Shown here: piece by piece, positions 1-10,915 of the stretch | Layout of the letters: each line of letters begins with the position of its first letter | How positions within the stretch are numbered: the stretch's first letter is position 1 | Assembly: GCA_965216755.1 (NCBI GenBank) | Contig: CBDCGL010000011.1 | Span: 288,001-352,000 of the forward strand | DNA: 64,000 nt | Source: Alphaproteobacteria bacterium | GTDB taxonomy: Bacteria > Pseudomonadota > Alphaproteobacteria > UBA7887 | Direction: 5' to 3' | The notes under the pieces: model-generated | Seen by the model: the letters and a program-made list of their open reading frames with translations, nothing else | Told to the model about the DNA's origin: nothing | The model's database searches: none | Made by a program: the position numbers and the translations under genes

Positions 1-52
1 CCGCCGCCACAGCGATTGTCGTCAAAAGTGCTCGCCTCAGTAAACTGGTCAT
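1..52 (-). CDS. 5' end of a gene running off the window; signal-peptide-like N-terminus (MTSLLRRALLTTIAVAA...)
   Basis: ATG at 52 on the minus strand with AGGAG RBS at 60-64; basic then hydrophobic start. Confidence 0.55.
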   Translation of the reverse strand, partial: MTSLLRRALLTTIAVAA

Positions 53-418
53 GTTTGTGCTCCTGCAATTCCCTGGCGCCGTGATTGCCAAATCCGCTTT
101 CTGTCGGTCGCCGTCTGCGTTGAGCTGATTTCTACACACATGCCGAACCGAGTGCTGTGAAGCTGTTCACGGCGGCGCTCACGGTATGTGCACAATTACG
201 TGATAAGGGCGTTGAGGCGATACACGGAAGCCGGTCCGCGTGCGGTCCGGCAAACGGTTTTGCAGGGCGTCTGACCCGGCAGGTTCGAGACCGCTGGGGC
301 TCCCTATGGAGTTCTATGTGGCTGGCGGCAATGCAGGGGGGGGCGGTGTGATCGCGTCACAATGCGCCGTCTGCTGCGTGGAGCCCCCCGCCGGACCGCA
401 AACAGCATTGATTCAATA

Positions 419-1934
419 GTCGTCCGTGAAGTATCTGTAACGGTCTGAATTAGAGACGAAGTAAGCGCTGCGACAATAGTCAGACTTGCAGGATTTTGGG
501 TGTATGAAGACCGATTTCTTGCAATTTGCGTTGGCGGTTGAGCTGTGATTCATTGTGCCAAATGGCGATGAGGGCACGATGAAACCAAGAGAGCCAGAGA
601 CCACGGGGCAGAGCGATTTTTTTCGGGCGCGGCTGGATCAAATCTTGGACATGGGCCACGAGAAGGTGGTTTTGGCGGACACGATTGATTGGCAGTTTTT
701 GGCCGATCAGTGCGGCGCGGTTTACATCGACGGTCCGGGTTACCCGCCGCTTTCAACGCGGTTGATGGCCGGTCTCCACATCTTGAAATATGCCGACAAC
801 CTGTCGGATGAAGAGCTTTGCCGGCGCTGGGTGGAGAACCCGTATTATCAATATTTTTGTGGCGAAGAATTCTTCCGTCATGAACTACCGCTGGATCGCT
901 CTTCGATGACACGTTGGCGGCAACGCATGGGTGAGGAGCGGCTTCAGGCTTTGTTGCAGGAAAGCCTTTCGGTGGCTGTGGACATCGGCGCAGCGACGCC
1001 TCGCGAATTTACGAAAGTGATTATCGATACAACAGTTGCCGAGAAGAACATCGCGTTTCCGACTGACGCCAAGCTGATCCATCGCGCCCGCGAACGGCTG
1101 GTCAAACAAGCCAAAGCGGAAGGCATTGCGTTACGCCAATCCTATCGGCGTGTTGGCAAGAAGGCGCTAATTGCCTATCAGCGTTATGCCCACGCCAAAC
1201 AACACAAGCGGGCGCGCAAGCAGCTGCGCCGCCTGAAGACCTATCTTGGCCGAACGGTGCGCGACATTGGGCGCAAGATCAAAGGCAACCCAGATCTGGA
1301 AGACGCCTTCCGACGACCCCTATGGTTGGCGACACGGGTGATGACCCAGAAGCAACGCGATCCGTTGCCCAAGGTTTATGCCCTGCACGCGCCGGAGGTG
1401 GAGTGCATTGGCAAAGGCAAAGCCCACAAACCTTATGAGTTCGGCGTCAAGGCTTCGGTCGCCACCACCCTCAAGCGGTCAAAGGGCGGCCAGTTTGTTG
1501 TCCACGTCCAAGCCCTGTCGGGCCGGCCCTATGATGGGCACACCCTTGGGACCGTCATTCCCCGGATCGAAGCGTTCACCGGCGTCACGCTCACGCGTAT
1601 CCTTACCGATGCCGGCTACAAGGGCCACAATGCGCCCAACAGCCACAGGTTCCGCGTCTTCACCGCCGGACAAAAACGCCGCGTCACAGCCGCCATCAAA
1701 CGTCAGATGAAACGACGTTCGGCCGTCGAACCCGTCATCGGTCATCTCAAGTCCGGCCACCCCATGAATACAAACTATCTCGCCCACAAACAGGGCGACG
1801 CAATCAATCCAGTTCTTGCTGCTGCCGGATACAACTTCCGCCTGATCTTGAATTGGATCAGGCTTCCTGTGCTCCAACTTTGGACACTCACCTGCGTCAG
1901 AAACGCACACCAATTCGCTTAGTTCACGGTCGAC
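419..1934 (+). mobile_element. IS5-family insertion sequence, apparently complete
   Basis: Terminal inverted repeats GTCGTCCGTGAA (419-430) and TTCACGGTCGAC (1923-1934), 11/12 match. Flanking direct repeat TCAATA at 413-418 and 1935-1940. Single transposase ORF inside. Confidence 0.9.
579..1922 (+). CDS. IS5 family DDE transposase
   Basis: IS5-type motifs: LSDEELCRRWVENPYYQYFCG, IIDTTV, GKGKAHKPYEFGVK, TDAGYKGH, RRSAVEPVIGHLK; ATG at 579 preferred. Confidence 0.93.
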   Translation: MKPREPETTGQSDFFRARLDQILDMGHEKVVLADTIDWQFLADQCGAVYIDGPGYPPLSTRLMAGLHILKYADNLSDEELCRRWVENPYYQYFCGEEFFRHELPLDRSSMTRWRQRMGEERLQALLQESLSVAVDIGAATPREFTKVIIDTTVAEKNIAFPTDAKLIHRARERLVKQAKAEGIALRQSYRRVGKKALIAYQRYAHAKQHKRARKQLRRLKTYLGRTVRDIGRKIKGNPDLEDAFRRPLWLATRVMTQKQRDPLPKVYALHAPEVECIGKGKAHKPYEFGVKASVATTLKRSKGGQFVVHVQALSGRPYDGHTLGTVIPRIEAFTGVTLTRILTDAGYKGHNAPNSHRFRVFTAGQKRRVTAAIKRQMKRRSAVEPVIGHLKSGHPMNTNYLAHKQGDAINPVLAAAGYNFRLILNWIRLPVLQLWTLTCVRNAHQFA

Positions 1935-1955
1935 TCAATAAGGTCCGAAAATTGT

Positions 1956-2357
1956 CTAGCTTTTATTCGCTACTCTATCCAGCTGGTCCCTAAATGAGTC
2001 ACGGCGAAATAACGCATAAGCCAGAATTAGCGTGAAACAGGCCAAGACAAACATTTTGTTTACGAACCAGTTAGTTAGCCAAATATTCCAGTTCGGCGCG
2101 GACAGGAACAACACCATTTTTGCGACTACTATAACAATCTCGGCTGTGGAGACCGCGACCGCCAGTGCAAATGTGTGGCGCGGGCGGTGCAGCAGCGCCC
2201 AACCCAACCAAATGTGAACCACCCACCAAAAATCCCAATAGACATGTTGGAGAGCTGGCAGATCGTGCGCAAAGGCGTAGGCGATCGGAAAGGCGAACTT
2301 GATGGTCAAGGTCCACGCCGCCAAAATGAACAAGAAATGTGCAAAAAAGGGTACCAA
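1956..2357 (-). CDS. hypothetical membrane protein (about 4 TM)
   Basis: Hydrophobic Trp-rich ORF (FFAHFLFILAAWTLTIKF..WDFWWVVHIWLGW..NWFVNKMFVL). The ORF track start at 2468 is probably too long; true start uncertain. Confidence 0.65.
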   Translation of the reverse strand: MVPFFAHFLFILAAWTLTIKFAFPIAYAFAHDLPALQHVYWDFWWVVHIWLGWALLHRPRHTFALAVAVSTAEIVIVVAKMVLFLSAPNWNIWLTNWFVNKMFVLACFTLILAYALFRRDSFRDQLDRVANKS

Positions 2358-2724
2358 CGTCAAACCACGTGATGTGTGTAGTTGGGACGATGGGCCGACC
2401 CTAACGCAACATTCCACTTGTTTGAAACAAATCCGTCGCTGATTGCGAGGCACCGGAATTGGCGCCAACGATTATTGCCAGCGCGCCCTGGGACGGTCTG
2501 GCATGCCGAGATTCCGCCGCCTGCGCCCAATGGTCGGTCGTTCCGCGCTCGCCATGAAATGCAACAATGCCGATTGCACGCCGATATTTCCGGAGTTTGC
2601 ACCACGCATTCCGCGCGTGGTGACCAACATCAGCTTGGCGCCGCCATGTGTCGTCGTTGGTTTCGACGACGACCCCGAACGGGCCCCAAAACGAGCCAAA
2701 CCATCAAATTGCGCGTACAGCCCA

Positions 2725-3933
2725 TCAAGCCAGACGCGACACAGCTTCTCGCATAAAGTGTGGGATCGGAAGAGACCCTGGGCACGCGCCGCGACATGGT
2801 TGTGCTGTACATGTGAGGCACGGTGCCGCGTCGGTGTTCAGTTTGCCGTAATCCTCGCGCGCAAATCGCACATCCCCATAATCAACGGCGTACATCCGTG
2901 CGCGCAGAACTTCCGAAATCTGAACACCGGCCGGACAGGCGGACTCACAATCGCCGCAACCGTGCTGGCAATATTTTGATGTCTGCATTGCGGCATAGGT
3001 CGAGAGTAGCGCCAATTCTGATTGGCGAATCCGCCGTGAGCCAGATGCGCGCACATACTCGTCCATGTCTTCCCGCGACGTCATGGATACAATCAGTCCG
3101 TCCACATGGGGGCGGGACAAAGTCCAGCGAAAAGCTGCTTGGGCATAGGTGCCACCATCCTGTTCGAACGGACGCATGTCGTTCAGCCGGGCGCCCATCA
3201 GCGTCTTCATCGCAATTACACCCACGCCCTTGTCATGGGCTTTCGCCAGTACCGGCGGCAATTCGGGTTGTAAGGCAACAAAATGAAAGGTCTGCCGCAC
3301 GCGGTCAAAAAACGCCGGATCCAAACCAAAATTATAAGCGGCCAATACCACATCAACCAAGTCGTTATCCAATGCGAAATGCAGGCACTCGACCAAACGA
3401 CTGCCGTGGCCGGATACACCACGAAATCGAATTTTTCCTTGCCTCTTTGCGCGTTCGGTAAACTCCCACCACGCCGTGTTTTGTAGTCGGGCGACGTCGT
3501 TCACGGCGTGATTGAAATAGATATCGACATAGTCGGTTCCGAGCCGTTTGAGGCTTTTGTCCAACACGCTCATCATGGCGTCGGCAGAATCCGTCGCGCG
3601 GGATTTTGATTTGGTAGATATCACAACGCGATCGCGAACACCTTTGAGACCGCGTCGGATGGCGTTCTCCGAGTCGCCAAAGCGGTAGCTCTCTGCCGTA
3701 TCAAAGTATGTGATGCCGCGATCCACAGCATATCTTACGAGGCGTGGATCCGCCAGACGACTTGATCCAAACGAAATATCGGAAATCTTGAGCCCGGTGC
3801 GCCCAAGCGTGACGTGATCTCGAATTTGCGGCGACTCGGCTGTTGTCTCGTCGGGTCGAGCAAAACTCGTACTGCTATTGAGGCCGACACTCGCCGTGAG
3901 GCCGACGCCCAAGAATGATCGCCGATTGAGCAT
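2725..3933 (-). CDS. aldo/keto reductase with Tat-like signal and C-terminal Fe-S dicluster domain
   Basis: NRRSFLG twin-Arg start; LGRTGLKISDISFG, DTAESY, SLKRLGTDYVD AKR motifs; CxxGCxxCxxxCP and CxxCxxxxCxxxCP at the C-terminus. Confidence 0.88.
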   Translation of the reverse strand: MLNRRSFLGVGLTASVGLNSSTSFARPDETTAESPQIRDHVTLGRTGLKISDISFGSSRLADPRLVRYAVDRGITYFDTAESYRFGDSENAIRRGLKGVRDRVVISTKSKSRATDSADAMMSVLDKSLKRLGTDYVDIYFNHAVNDVARLQNTAWWEFTERAKRQGKIRFRGVSGHGSRLVECLHFALDNDLVDVVLAAYNFGLDPAFFDRVRQTFHFVALQPELPPVLAKAHDKGVGVIAMKTLMGARLNDMRPFEQDGGTYAQAAFRWTLSRPHVDGLIVSMTSREDMDEYVRASGSRRIRQSELALLSTYAAMQTSKYCQHGCGDCESACPAGVQISEVLRARMYAVDYGDVRFAREDYGKLNTDAAPCLTCTAQPCRGACPGSLPIPHFMREAVSRLA

Positions 3934-4103
3934 AGTAGGCCACTGCCCCCGCAATTTTGTCGGTTACCTTAGCGGTCTGCGAGGGCGTGCGCAAATACCG
4001 GCGCGCAAGCGCGTGTCTATCCGACATGTAACCATTTTTGCGTGCGGTGGCGATCCGCGCGGACGGCGCTGGCACGGGGCCATACATTCGGGACGTACCC
4101 GAT

Positions 4104-7103
4104 TCAGCTGGCGCGGCGCGCGCGCGGTGCGTTAGCGATTTTGGCTGGGGTTGTGCGGTCGGCTTCCGCTTCAACGTCGGTCGGCGCGACCTTATTTCGC
4201 ATACACTGCAATATAGCTTGCTTCAACTTGTCTCGATCCAGTGGTTTGGAGACATAGTCGTTCATGCCCGCTTTGAGGCAGATACGACGATCGGTGGTCG
4301 TCGCATTTGCAGAGACACCGATGATTGGAATATGCGCAATTGGTCCCTCGGATTGTCTCAGGATCTGAGTTGCCGCGATGCCATCCATGGTTGGCATCTG
4401 CACGTCCATTAAGATGATATCAAAATCCGCTGATGTTGCGGTTTCGACAGCTTCCAAGCCGTTTGGAACGATGGTCGTTGAATGACCCCAGCTGTCTAGA
4501 AGCCTCTCCAACAGCATCTGGTTCACCTTGTTATCTTCGGCGACCAGGATGTTAAGCGCGACAATCGGGGGATCGTTACCGACGACTCCCGTTTGGTTGA
4601 CGTCTTGGTTCTGAATATCGACCGGCATCTGGCAAACCATCGTGCACCAAAATTTGCTGCCGACACCCTGTTCACTTTCTAGATCTATGGCGCCGCCCAT
4701 CATTTCGGCAAGTTGTCGACAGATCGCCAAACCAAGGCCGCTGCCACCGAAGCGACGATTGGTGGAGCTTTCAGCTTGCGTAAAACGCTCAAACAAGTCA
4801 GCTTGTACGTCTTTCGGAATGCCAATGCCCGTGTCTTCGACAACAATTCGTACCGCAACGTCATCTTGATCAAGTTGACGGCAGGAAACATCGATTTTTA
4901 CGCTGCCTGCGTCGGTAAACTTGATCGCATTGCCGACCAAATTAAACAATATTTGCCTTATGCGTGTCGGATCGCCAATAAGTCCTTGGTGTGGTTCGTC
5001 TGAGACGGATGCTATGAGCTCCAAGCCTTTTTCTTGTGCACGCGGCCTGAGCAGAGTCGCCACGCCTTGCACCACGGCTCCGAGGTCAAGGGGGATCAGC
5101 TCCAGTTTAACACGCCCAGCTTCCAGTTTCGAATAATCCAAAATATCGTCGATAATGCTCAACAAGCTTTCCGCCGACTCGCGCGCGACGTTCATAAAGT
5201 GTGTTTGTTCCTCATCGAGGCGCGTGTCAAACAGCAAATCGAGCATGCCGATAACGCCATTCATTGGTGTGCGAATTTCATGGCTCATTGTTGCCAGAAA
5301 CTCGGATTTTGCCTGATTTGCGGCGTCCGCGGCGTCACGCGCCTGGGCCAGTTCGGCCGCGTGCTCTGCCCTCTTGGTTGCCTCTGACTCGAGCTGCGCG
5401 CCCGTGACCCGCAGTTCGTGAACGTGGTCACGCAAATCGCCAAGTGTCTGTTGCAGAGCTGCTTCTTTCTTCTGCCGTTTGGTCAAGTTCCGGAAGGCGA
5501 CCACGAGCTCGCCGGTCTTACCGTCATTCAAGATCGGGGTCAGTGTGAGTTCCGCCGGTAGCGGTGAGCCGTTCTTGTGCCAAAATAGTTCATTGATTTC
5601 GGTGCCACTTCTTCCCTTGCGCTGGGCGTCGGCTATTGGGCATTCCTCGTGTGGGTACGGCGTCCCATCCGGCCGCGAGTGATGCAGCACGGTATGCGCG
5701 TGTTTGCCGATCAGTTCCCAAGAGCCGTAACCAAGTGCGTCGCAAGCAGCCGGATTAATGAATGTGATCAATCCGCTGCCGTCCACCGCAAAGACGCCGT
5801 CACCAACTGTTCGGAGCAAAAGGTCGCTTCGAGTCTCTGCGTCGCGCAGGGATTTTTGCGTCTTGGCGCGCCGCTGTTCGTTGTACAGGGCAGCGATCAA
5901 GCTGCCGCACGCCGCGCTAAGGGGGGCTAGGAACTCTACAATTTCTTGATTGTAGCCGCCCGGTCGATCGGCCACGACGACCATACCGACCAGATTGTCG
6001 CCGTGATGGAAAGGCAAGGCCAGATAGGCGTCGCTCGCGACCGGTTCGTCTGGCATGTGCCTTAGATCCTGGTTGTTCACGCTGTCGCCGCCAAACAACG
6101 TTTTGCGAGAAGCCATGACGGCGCCGGCCACCGTATCCGGTGCTCGAATCAAAAGCCCCCTCTCGTCGAGTGCGTGCGGTTGAGGCGACGCAAGGCGGTC
6201 GTCTGCATCGCGCATGGCATGTACGTGAAGGTAGGGGCCATGATCATCGGATAGCACGTTGCCGATATAACCATACCGGCTTTGGGTAAGGGCTACTGCG
6301 CTTTCCAATATTCGATCAAAGAATGTGTGCCAGTTTGTGTGTTCGATAAAATCTGACTGGATCTCTCTCAAATACGAGAGCATCTGATAGCTGTTCTCTA
6401 ATGATTTATTGGTAGATTCAAGGAGTAAAGATTCTTTAGATCGAGATTTTGCATTGTGTATGTATTGAATGGATAAAAGAACTAAAAAGAAAGATACGAT
6501 CAATATTATAGCCACTTCAAATATAAGTATATTGTTTGATATTCTATTATAATAATTCGTGTCATCCTTGTATATTGCAATCGCCCCTTTGAAGTCATTT
6601 ACGTGCATCAAAGGGATGATGACTTCGGAAAGTACAAAAATTTCATCGCGCGAGTTCGTCTCAGTTCGTGTGCTGAAGAACGGTTGGCCGCTTTTGAGTT
6701 GGGCGATGGTCTCGGCGGATAGGGGGCCGGATTCGGGCGCGGATGGGTTTGACATATAAGTGATGCCGCCCTTTGCGCCGACGAACTTGAACCGATAGAA
6801 CCCGCTTGCTTGGGCCAATAGCCCGATCGCTTGGCGCTCAGTACGGCTGATGTGGCCACTCTGCAGCAGGTTGCTGGGGTTGGGAATTTGCCGTAGGAAG
6901 GCGCTTTGCCAGCGCAGCGCGGTCCCCATTGCCTCCTCTCTGAGCAAATAGGATTTGGCCGCACCCGCCGCGTAGGACGTCGCAATGATCATCGCGCAAG
7001 CGCCGAAAAAAGTCGTCACCAGTAGGCGCCAGTCGCCGGCGCGAAGGGCCGCAAGCCTGCCAGGCTTCGCTTTTTGTGCGTCTGGTCCAACCTTGACGTT
7101 CAT
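4104..7103 (-). CDS. membrane hybrid sensor histidine kinase (TM-GAF-PAS-HisKA-HATPase-REC)
   Basis: [16 protein letters not shown]-box, [11 protein letters not shown]-box, DTGIGI and [10 protein letters not shown]-boxes; REC domain with [18 protein letters not shown]; start uncertain (7103 chosen). Confidence 0.93.
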   Translation of the reverse strand: MNVKVGPDAQKAKPGRLAALRAGDWRLLVTTFFGACAMIIATSYAAGAAKSYLLREEAMGTALRWQSAFLRQIPNPSNLLQSGHISRTERQAIGLLAQASGFYRFKFVGAKGGITYMSNPSAPESGPLSAETIAQLKSGQPFFSTRTETNSRDEIFVLSEVIIPLMHVNDFKGAIAIYKDDTNYYNRISNNILIFEVAIILIVSFFLVLLSIQYIHNAKSRSKESLLLESTNKSLENSYQMLSYLREIQSDFIEHTNWHTFFDRILESAVALTQSRYGYIGNVLSDDHGPYLHVHAMRDADDRLASPQPHALDERGLLIRAPDTVAGAVMASRKTLFGGDSVNNQDLRHMPDEPVASDAYLALPFHHGDNLVGMVVVADRPGGYNQEIVEFLAPLSAACGSLIAALYNEQRRAKTQKSLRDAETRSDLLLRTVGDGVFAVDGSGLITFINPAACDALGYGSWELIGKHAHTVLHHSRPDGTPYPHEECPIADAQRKGRSGTEINELFWHKNGSPLPAELTLTPILNDGKTGELVVAFRNLTKRQKKEAALQQTLGDLRDHVHELRVTGAQLESEATKRAEHAAELAQARDAADAANQAKSEFLATMSHEIRTPMNGVIGMLDLLFDTRLDEEQTHFMNVARESAESLLSIIDDILDYSKLEAGRVKLELIPLDLGAVVQGVATLLRPRAQEKGLELIASVSDEPHQGLIGDPTRIRQILFNLVGNAIKFTDAGSVKIDVSCRQLDQDDVAVRIVVEDTGIGIPKDVQADLFERFTQAESSTNRRFGGSGLGLAICRQLAEMMGGAIDLESEQGVGSKFWCTMVCQMPVDIQNQDVNQTGVVGNDPPIVALNILVAEDNKVNQMLLERLLDSWGHSTTIVPNGLEAVETATSADFDIILMDVQMPTMDGIAATQILRQSEGPIAHIPIIGVSANATTTDRRICLKAGMNDYVSKPLDRDKLKQAILQCMRNKVAPTDVEAEADRTTPAKIANAPRARRAS

Positions 7104-7246
7104 ATAGCCGAGCCGGGTTATCGGATGGTGAGGAGACGGAACAACACCTGCCCGTGCTACGTGGTCGCACGTGCGCCTTTCCTTTTGAGCATCTCGCAAA
7201 AGGGTTAATTCTGTCTGAGGACTCTCCGAGGCGACGCAGGGCTTTC

Positions 7247-7262
7247 GTTAAACGAATCTTAA
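7247..7262 (-). promoter_or_regulatory. CtrA binding box with embedded CcrM GANTC site
   Basis: Minus strand reads TTAA-GATTCGT-TTAAC, the full TTAA-N7-TTAAC consensus. GAATC lies at 7254-7258. Extra TTAACC half site near 7203-7208. Confidence 0.65.
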
Positions 7263-7331
7263 TCCCGACACTGTGTCCGGGCATGTATTCTACCGCTGGA
7301 AAGGCACGTTTCGGGCCTGTCACCCGATCGA

Positions 7332-7727
7332 CTATTTGCGCTCCTTTTCTTCGATTGGCCCCCCGGCATCGCGCCAGGCAGCAAAGCCGCCGGCCATATG
7401 CGCGACAGGCTTCAACCCCATCCGTTGCACCGATTGCGTTGCCAGGGCCGACCGCATGCCGCCGGCGCAAAAAAACACGAACCTCTTGCCGCTGGCAAAT
7501 ATTTCTCTGTGATAAGGACTGGCTGGGTCGACCCAGAACTCGAGCATGCCACGCGGGGCGTGCACGGCACCTGGTATGGCACCATCCCGCCACAGCTCGC
7601 GAATATCCCGGATATCGATAAAAAGAACATCTGAGTCGTTGCGCAAGTCCAAGGCTTCGGCCGCCGTAAGTGTAACAACTTCTGCCTCTGCCTCGGCGCA
7701 CAATTCAGCAATTCCTTTTGTGATCAT
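7332..7727 (-). CDS. rhodanese-like domain protein
   Basis: FIDIRDIRE, GAIPGAVHAPRGMLEF, active-site FFCAGGMRS, GGFAAW; GGAGA RBS. Confidence 0.92.
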   Translation of the reverse strand: MITKGIAELCAEAEAEVVTLTAAEALDLRNDSDVLFIDIRDIRELWRDGAIPGAVHAPRGMLEFWVDPASPYHREIFASGKRFVFFCAGGMRSALATQSVQRMGLKPVAHMAGGFAAWRDAGGPIEEKERK

Positions 7728-8287
7728 GACCAGTTCTCCCACTTACACGGGTTGATCGATGCGACGGTGTAGGGGCAGGGGGGTGAAAACGCGGGCACCG
7801 ACGGTTGGTCAAAGAGTGCCGTTTCGTCGCCAGACGCGCAATGCCGCTATTGCTTTGCAATGCAGCCCGCAAAATGCCGCCAATACGCCCGCCTTGGGTT
7901 TCCCCAGACCCTTTGGTCGGCGCCGAAATGGGCGCGCTTGGACCGCGGGAACGCCGGATTATCAGATTCAACAAGGCGCATTCGTTCCCTCTTTGAACCT
8001 GTCGTGTACTTGGCGCACACGGATGACTTTCTTTGAGAGCGGAGCGAGCCGCCTCGTTCTCTTGCAGCGGATAGGACGGTTGATTTCGGCAATCGTGTTC
8101 TTGCGTCGTCCGGCATGGCAGAATGCCGCCGCATTGATTTTTTCCGTGCGAGTTTGCGGTAGCTTACGATATCGTTGTGTCAAATTACATAGCTGCGGGA
8201 ACGAAACGCGGCACCATACGTGATTGAGGTTCGTGGCTGTGGATTTATGTCCGCTCTTCGGACAGCCGCTAAAACGAAACGTTGGAA

Positions 8288-8704
8288 ATGATGATTGAAT
8301 CGAAGCCAGATATGCCAGGCCACGGCCCACTTAGCACTCTTCTCGGCCTATGCGCCGGCGTCCTGATGGTCCTCTTGCTCACTGTTCCCGAATCATCGCT
8401 CGCGCGCAGTGAATTCGTTGTGCCCGTAGACAGCCCAGATGAATGCGAAGTCATCCACAATGTCTCGATTTTGTATTATTTCGAGCCGGGCGACGTGACA
8501 ATAAACGCTGGCGATTGTGTGCGCTGGATCAATGACCACTACATCGAGCACAGCGCAGTTGGTATGGATCGAGAGTTCAACACTGGGATTCTGATGCCTG
8601 GGGGAACAGCACTGCTACGCTTTGATGAGCCCGGCGGCGTTCCCTATACCTGCGGTGTACATCCGCTCATGGTGGCCGTTGTGGCGATCGAGGAACGCGC
8701 TTAA
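8288..8704 (+). CDS. exported type-1 blue copper protein (plastocyanin/amicyanin-like cupredoxin)
   Basis: Hydrophobic signal; FEPGDVTINAGDCVRWIN; ligand set H(IEHS)...C-G-V-H-P-L-M. Confidence 0.85.
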   Translation: MMIESKPDMPGHGPLSTLLGLCAGVLMVLLLTVPESSLARSEFVVPVDSPDECEVIHNVSILYYFEPGDVTINAGDCVRWINDHYIEHSAVGMDREFNTGILMPGGTALLRFDEPGGVPYTCGVHPLMVAVVAIEERA

Positions 8705-8719
8705 CACGGTTCACCGTAC

Positions 8720-8759
8720 TCAATCTTCAATCAAACGATTCCGTTTGATTGAAGATTGA
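8720..8759. repeat. perfect 18-bp inverted repeat
   Basis: TCAATCTTCAATCAAACG-ATTC-CGTTTGATTGAAGATTGA between convergent genes. Confidence 0.85.
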
Positions 8760-8868
8760 TCTAGCGCCGCATTTAGGAAATTAAATAGGGCCGCTCACGC
8801 GTTGGTGGGCGGCCTCGCCATTACTGCCCCTGAGCTACACTCATTACAGCCATGAGACAGGACGCTTG

Positions 8869-9171
8869 TTAGTCCAGATCTTCGTTTTCTTTTTCGTTCC
8901 AGGGGTCGTCCATAACTCCGAACGGCAGGGATATGGTTCTGAAGCTCTTCTGTAATTCCTTCTCGCGCGCGATCTCTTCAGACGAACTCATTTTTGCGTA
9001 CTTCGCCTCGGTCGGTCCGCGATAGCCATGAATATTGAGATTCGGTGCCGAAATCTTGCGCTCGGTGTTGCCCTTGCATTCCACACACTGGACCTTGGGA
9101 GAATCCGCCATTCGGTGATGCACGCGATGTATCAGGCGGCAAGGCTCACATACATATTCGTAGATCGGCAT
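8869..9171 (-). CDS. FmdB-family zinc-ribbon regulatory protein
   Basis: MPIYEYVCEPC...QCVECKG...KIS signature. Confidence 0.85.
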   Translation of the reverse strand: MPIYEYVCEPCRLIHRVHHRMADSPKVQCVECKGNTERKISAPNLNIHGYRGPTEAKYAKMSSSEEIAREKELQKSFRTISLPFGVMDDPWNEKENEDLD

Positions 9172-9234
9172 AGACTCTATCTCAGGTAACCGACGGTCAG
9201 GCCGAGGCCCGACCGTCTGTCACGAACGTTATGT

Positions 9235-10557
9235 TTAGGCCAGTTTGACCCGAGCGTACTCACGCCCCTGATCGTTCACAGCCGTTTCCAACTCCCACAA
9301 ACGGGCAGCGTTGCGGCCGAGAACCTTTTCTTTGATCTCGTCCGTCAAGCGCGGATAGCCGTGGCCATCGACAAGCTCGTCAGGGATCTGGAACCGACGG
9401 AACGCATCGATCTGCCACTGAGGATTGCCCCACAGCAGCGAGTCGGTGCCCCACATCACATAGTCCTCGCCAAGATCGCGAATCAGCGTGCCGAGTACGT
9501 GCGCGCACTCAACTGGTCGCGCCGTGACCGTGGCGGCGAACGTCGAGCCAAGTTCACAATACAGATTGGACCGCTGCGGCTTGAAGCCCTTCAGCGCGCC
9601 AAGTTCGGCATGATACGGCCACGCCGAATGGAAGGCGATAAAGTTCAAGTCCAGGAAGTCGTCGCACACGCGATCGAAGTCTTCGACATGAGCATACCGG
9701 GCCATGAATTGGCCAAACGGAATGCCTTTATGGCAGCCGATATTCTTGATGCCCAGCTCGCGACATTTTTCCCACATCGGGTAAGCGCGTTCTTGATCGT
9801 CGAACCACCAGCCTTTTTGCGGTGTTGAATCAAACGTGTAGAGCTTCAAACCAGTTGCCTGGAAGTCCTTCACGTACATGTCGAGCCGTTCGAGCGTCTC
9901 GCTGACACCTTGGTTGGGTGTTAAGCCGCCGGCCAACATAATCGACCGAGCTGGCCATCGATTGCGCACTTCGACCTGTTCGTCGATCGGCACCATGTCC
10001 TTGCCGCCATAGTCCTCGCGGAAGCCGAACGGGTTATAAATCGCGACGTCGGTGTCGCTGCCGTCCAAGAGCAGCTTTCCGAAGTTCTCGACGTTCATAT
10101 CTTCGGTGCCGTTTTCCAGGCCCATCGATTTGCCGAGGCCATCAAGCAAGTCGACAAACCACTTGCCGCGCTCGGTCATGTTGACGCCAAGCTTATAGCC
10201 GTCATCACGGCGGCAGATATGCGTGTGTTGATCGACGACAAACCCGGTCTTGCCTTTCAGGTTCTCACGCACTTCGTCGAGCGCCGCCAGCTCCTGCGCT
10301 TCGGCCTTGCTGACATTGAAGAAATTCATGCCGGTCACTTCGTTCACAGCCAACATGGCCCCGGCAAACCCCAGTGCTGACTTGAAGAACTCGCGACGCG
10401 GAAGTTCCGATTTTTCGGCCATATCTTCCATGCGCTGAGAGACAGCCCGGCCGTGGTCGCCTGTTCTTATGAATGCTGTGCCACCCTGATGCGGGCTGGC
10501 AAGATCGACGCCCTCATCGCCAAAACCTTTGAAGCGATTTAGAAAATTGAATTCCAT
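9235..10557 (-). CDS. amidohydrolase-2 family metallohydrolase with internal RRxFxK Tat-like motif
   Basis: VDQHTH, GLKLY, YPMWEKCRELG, CHKG, AFHSAWP, MWGTDS, KVLGRNAARL; GGGGAGG RBS upstream of 10557/10560. Confidence 0.85.
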   Translation of the reverse strand: MEFNFLNRFKGFGDEGVDLASPHQGGTAFIRTGDHGRAVSQRMEDMAEKSELPRREFFKSALGFAGAMLAVNEVTGMNFFNVSKAEAQELAALDEVRENLKGKTGFVVDQHTHICRRDDGYKLGVNMTERGKWFVDLLDGLGKSMGLENGTEDMNVENFGKLLLDGSDTDVAIYNPFGFREDYGGKDMVPIDEQVEVRNRWPARSIMLAGGLTPNQGVSETLERLDMYVKDFQATGLKLYTFDSTPQKGWWFDDQERAYPMWEKCRELGIKNIGCHKGIPFGQFMARYAHVEDFDRVCDDFLDLNFIAFHSAWPYHAELGALKGFKPQRSNLYCELGSTFAATVTARPVECAHVLGTLIRDLGEDYVMWGTDSLLWGNPQWQIDAFRRFQIPDELVDGHGYPRLTDEIKEKVLGRNAARLWELETAVNDQGREYARVKLA

Positions 10558-10684
10558 CACGTTTCCTCCCCAAGACCGGATAAGATGCAACCGCGTTGCG
10601 GCGCCCAATCGGATCCCATCTCTCCAGCCACATTACGTGATGACCAGATCGCCGAGCGCACGCCGTGCATAAACCGTCACTAAA

Positions 10685-10714
10685 AGCTTAAGGCTGTCTC
10701 GACGCCCATGTCAA
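10685..10714 (-). promoter_or_regulatory. possible sigma70 promoter of the amidohydrolase-fmdB unit
   Basis: TTGACA-N18-TAAGCT on the minus strand. Confidence 0.4.
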
Positions 10715-10915
10715 AGCCTGGTTTGCTTTTTGGAAGCAAATACTTCGGCGCCGAACTTTGTGTGCGCTGCAGCACGAAAAAGTCACGTAGTTGACGCCGA
10801 TTGCCTTTGTCGGGCATACCGGATTTGTTCCAAATGGAAACGCGTCCGGTCGATGAAATCACGTCATTTTGAAGTTGGGCAAGAGCGGGTCGCGCTATGC
10901 GTGCGATCGCATTTC

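Noticed and set aside
2360-2724. Short ORFs between the membrane protein and the aldo/keto reductase
   Set aside because: No RBS, motif or compositional support in any frame
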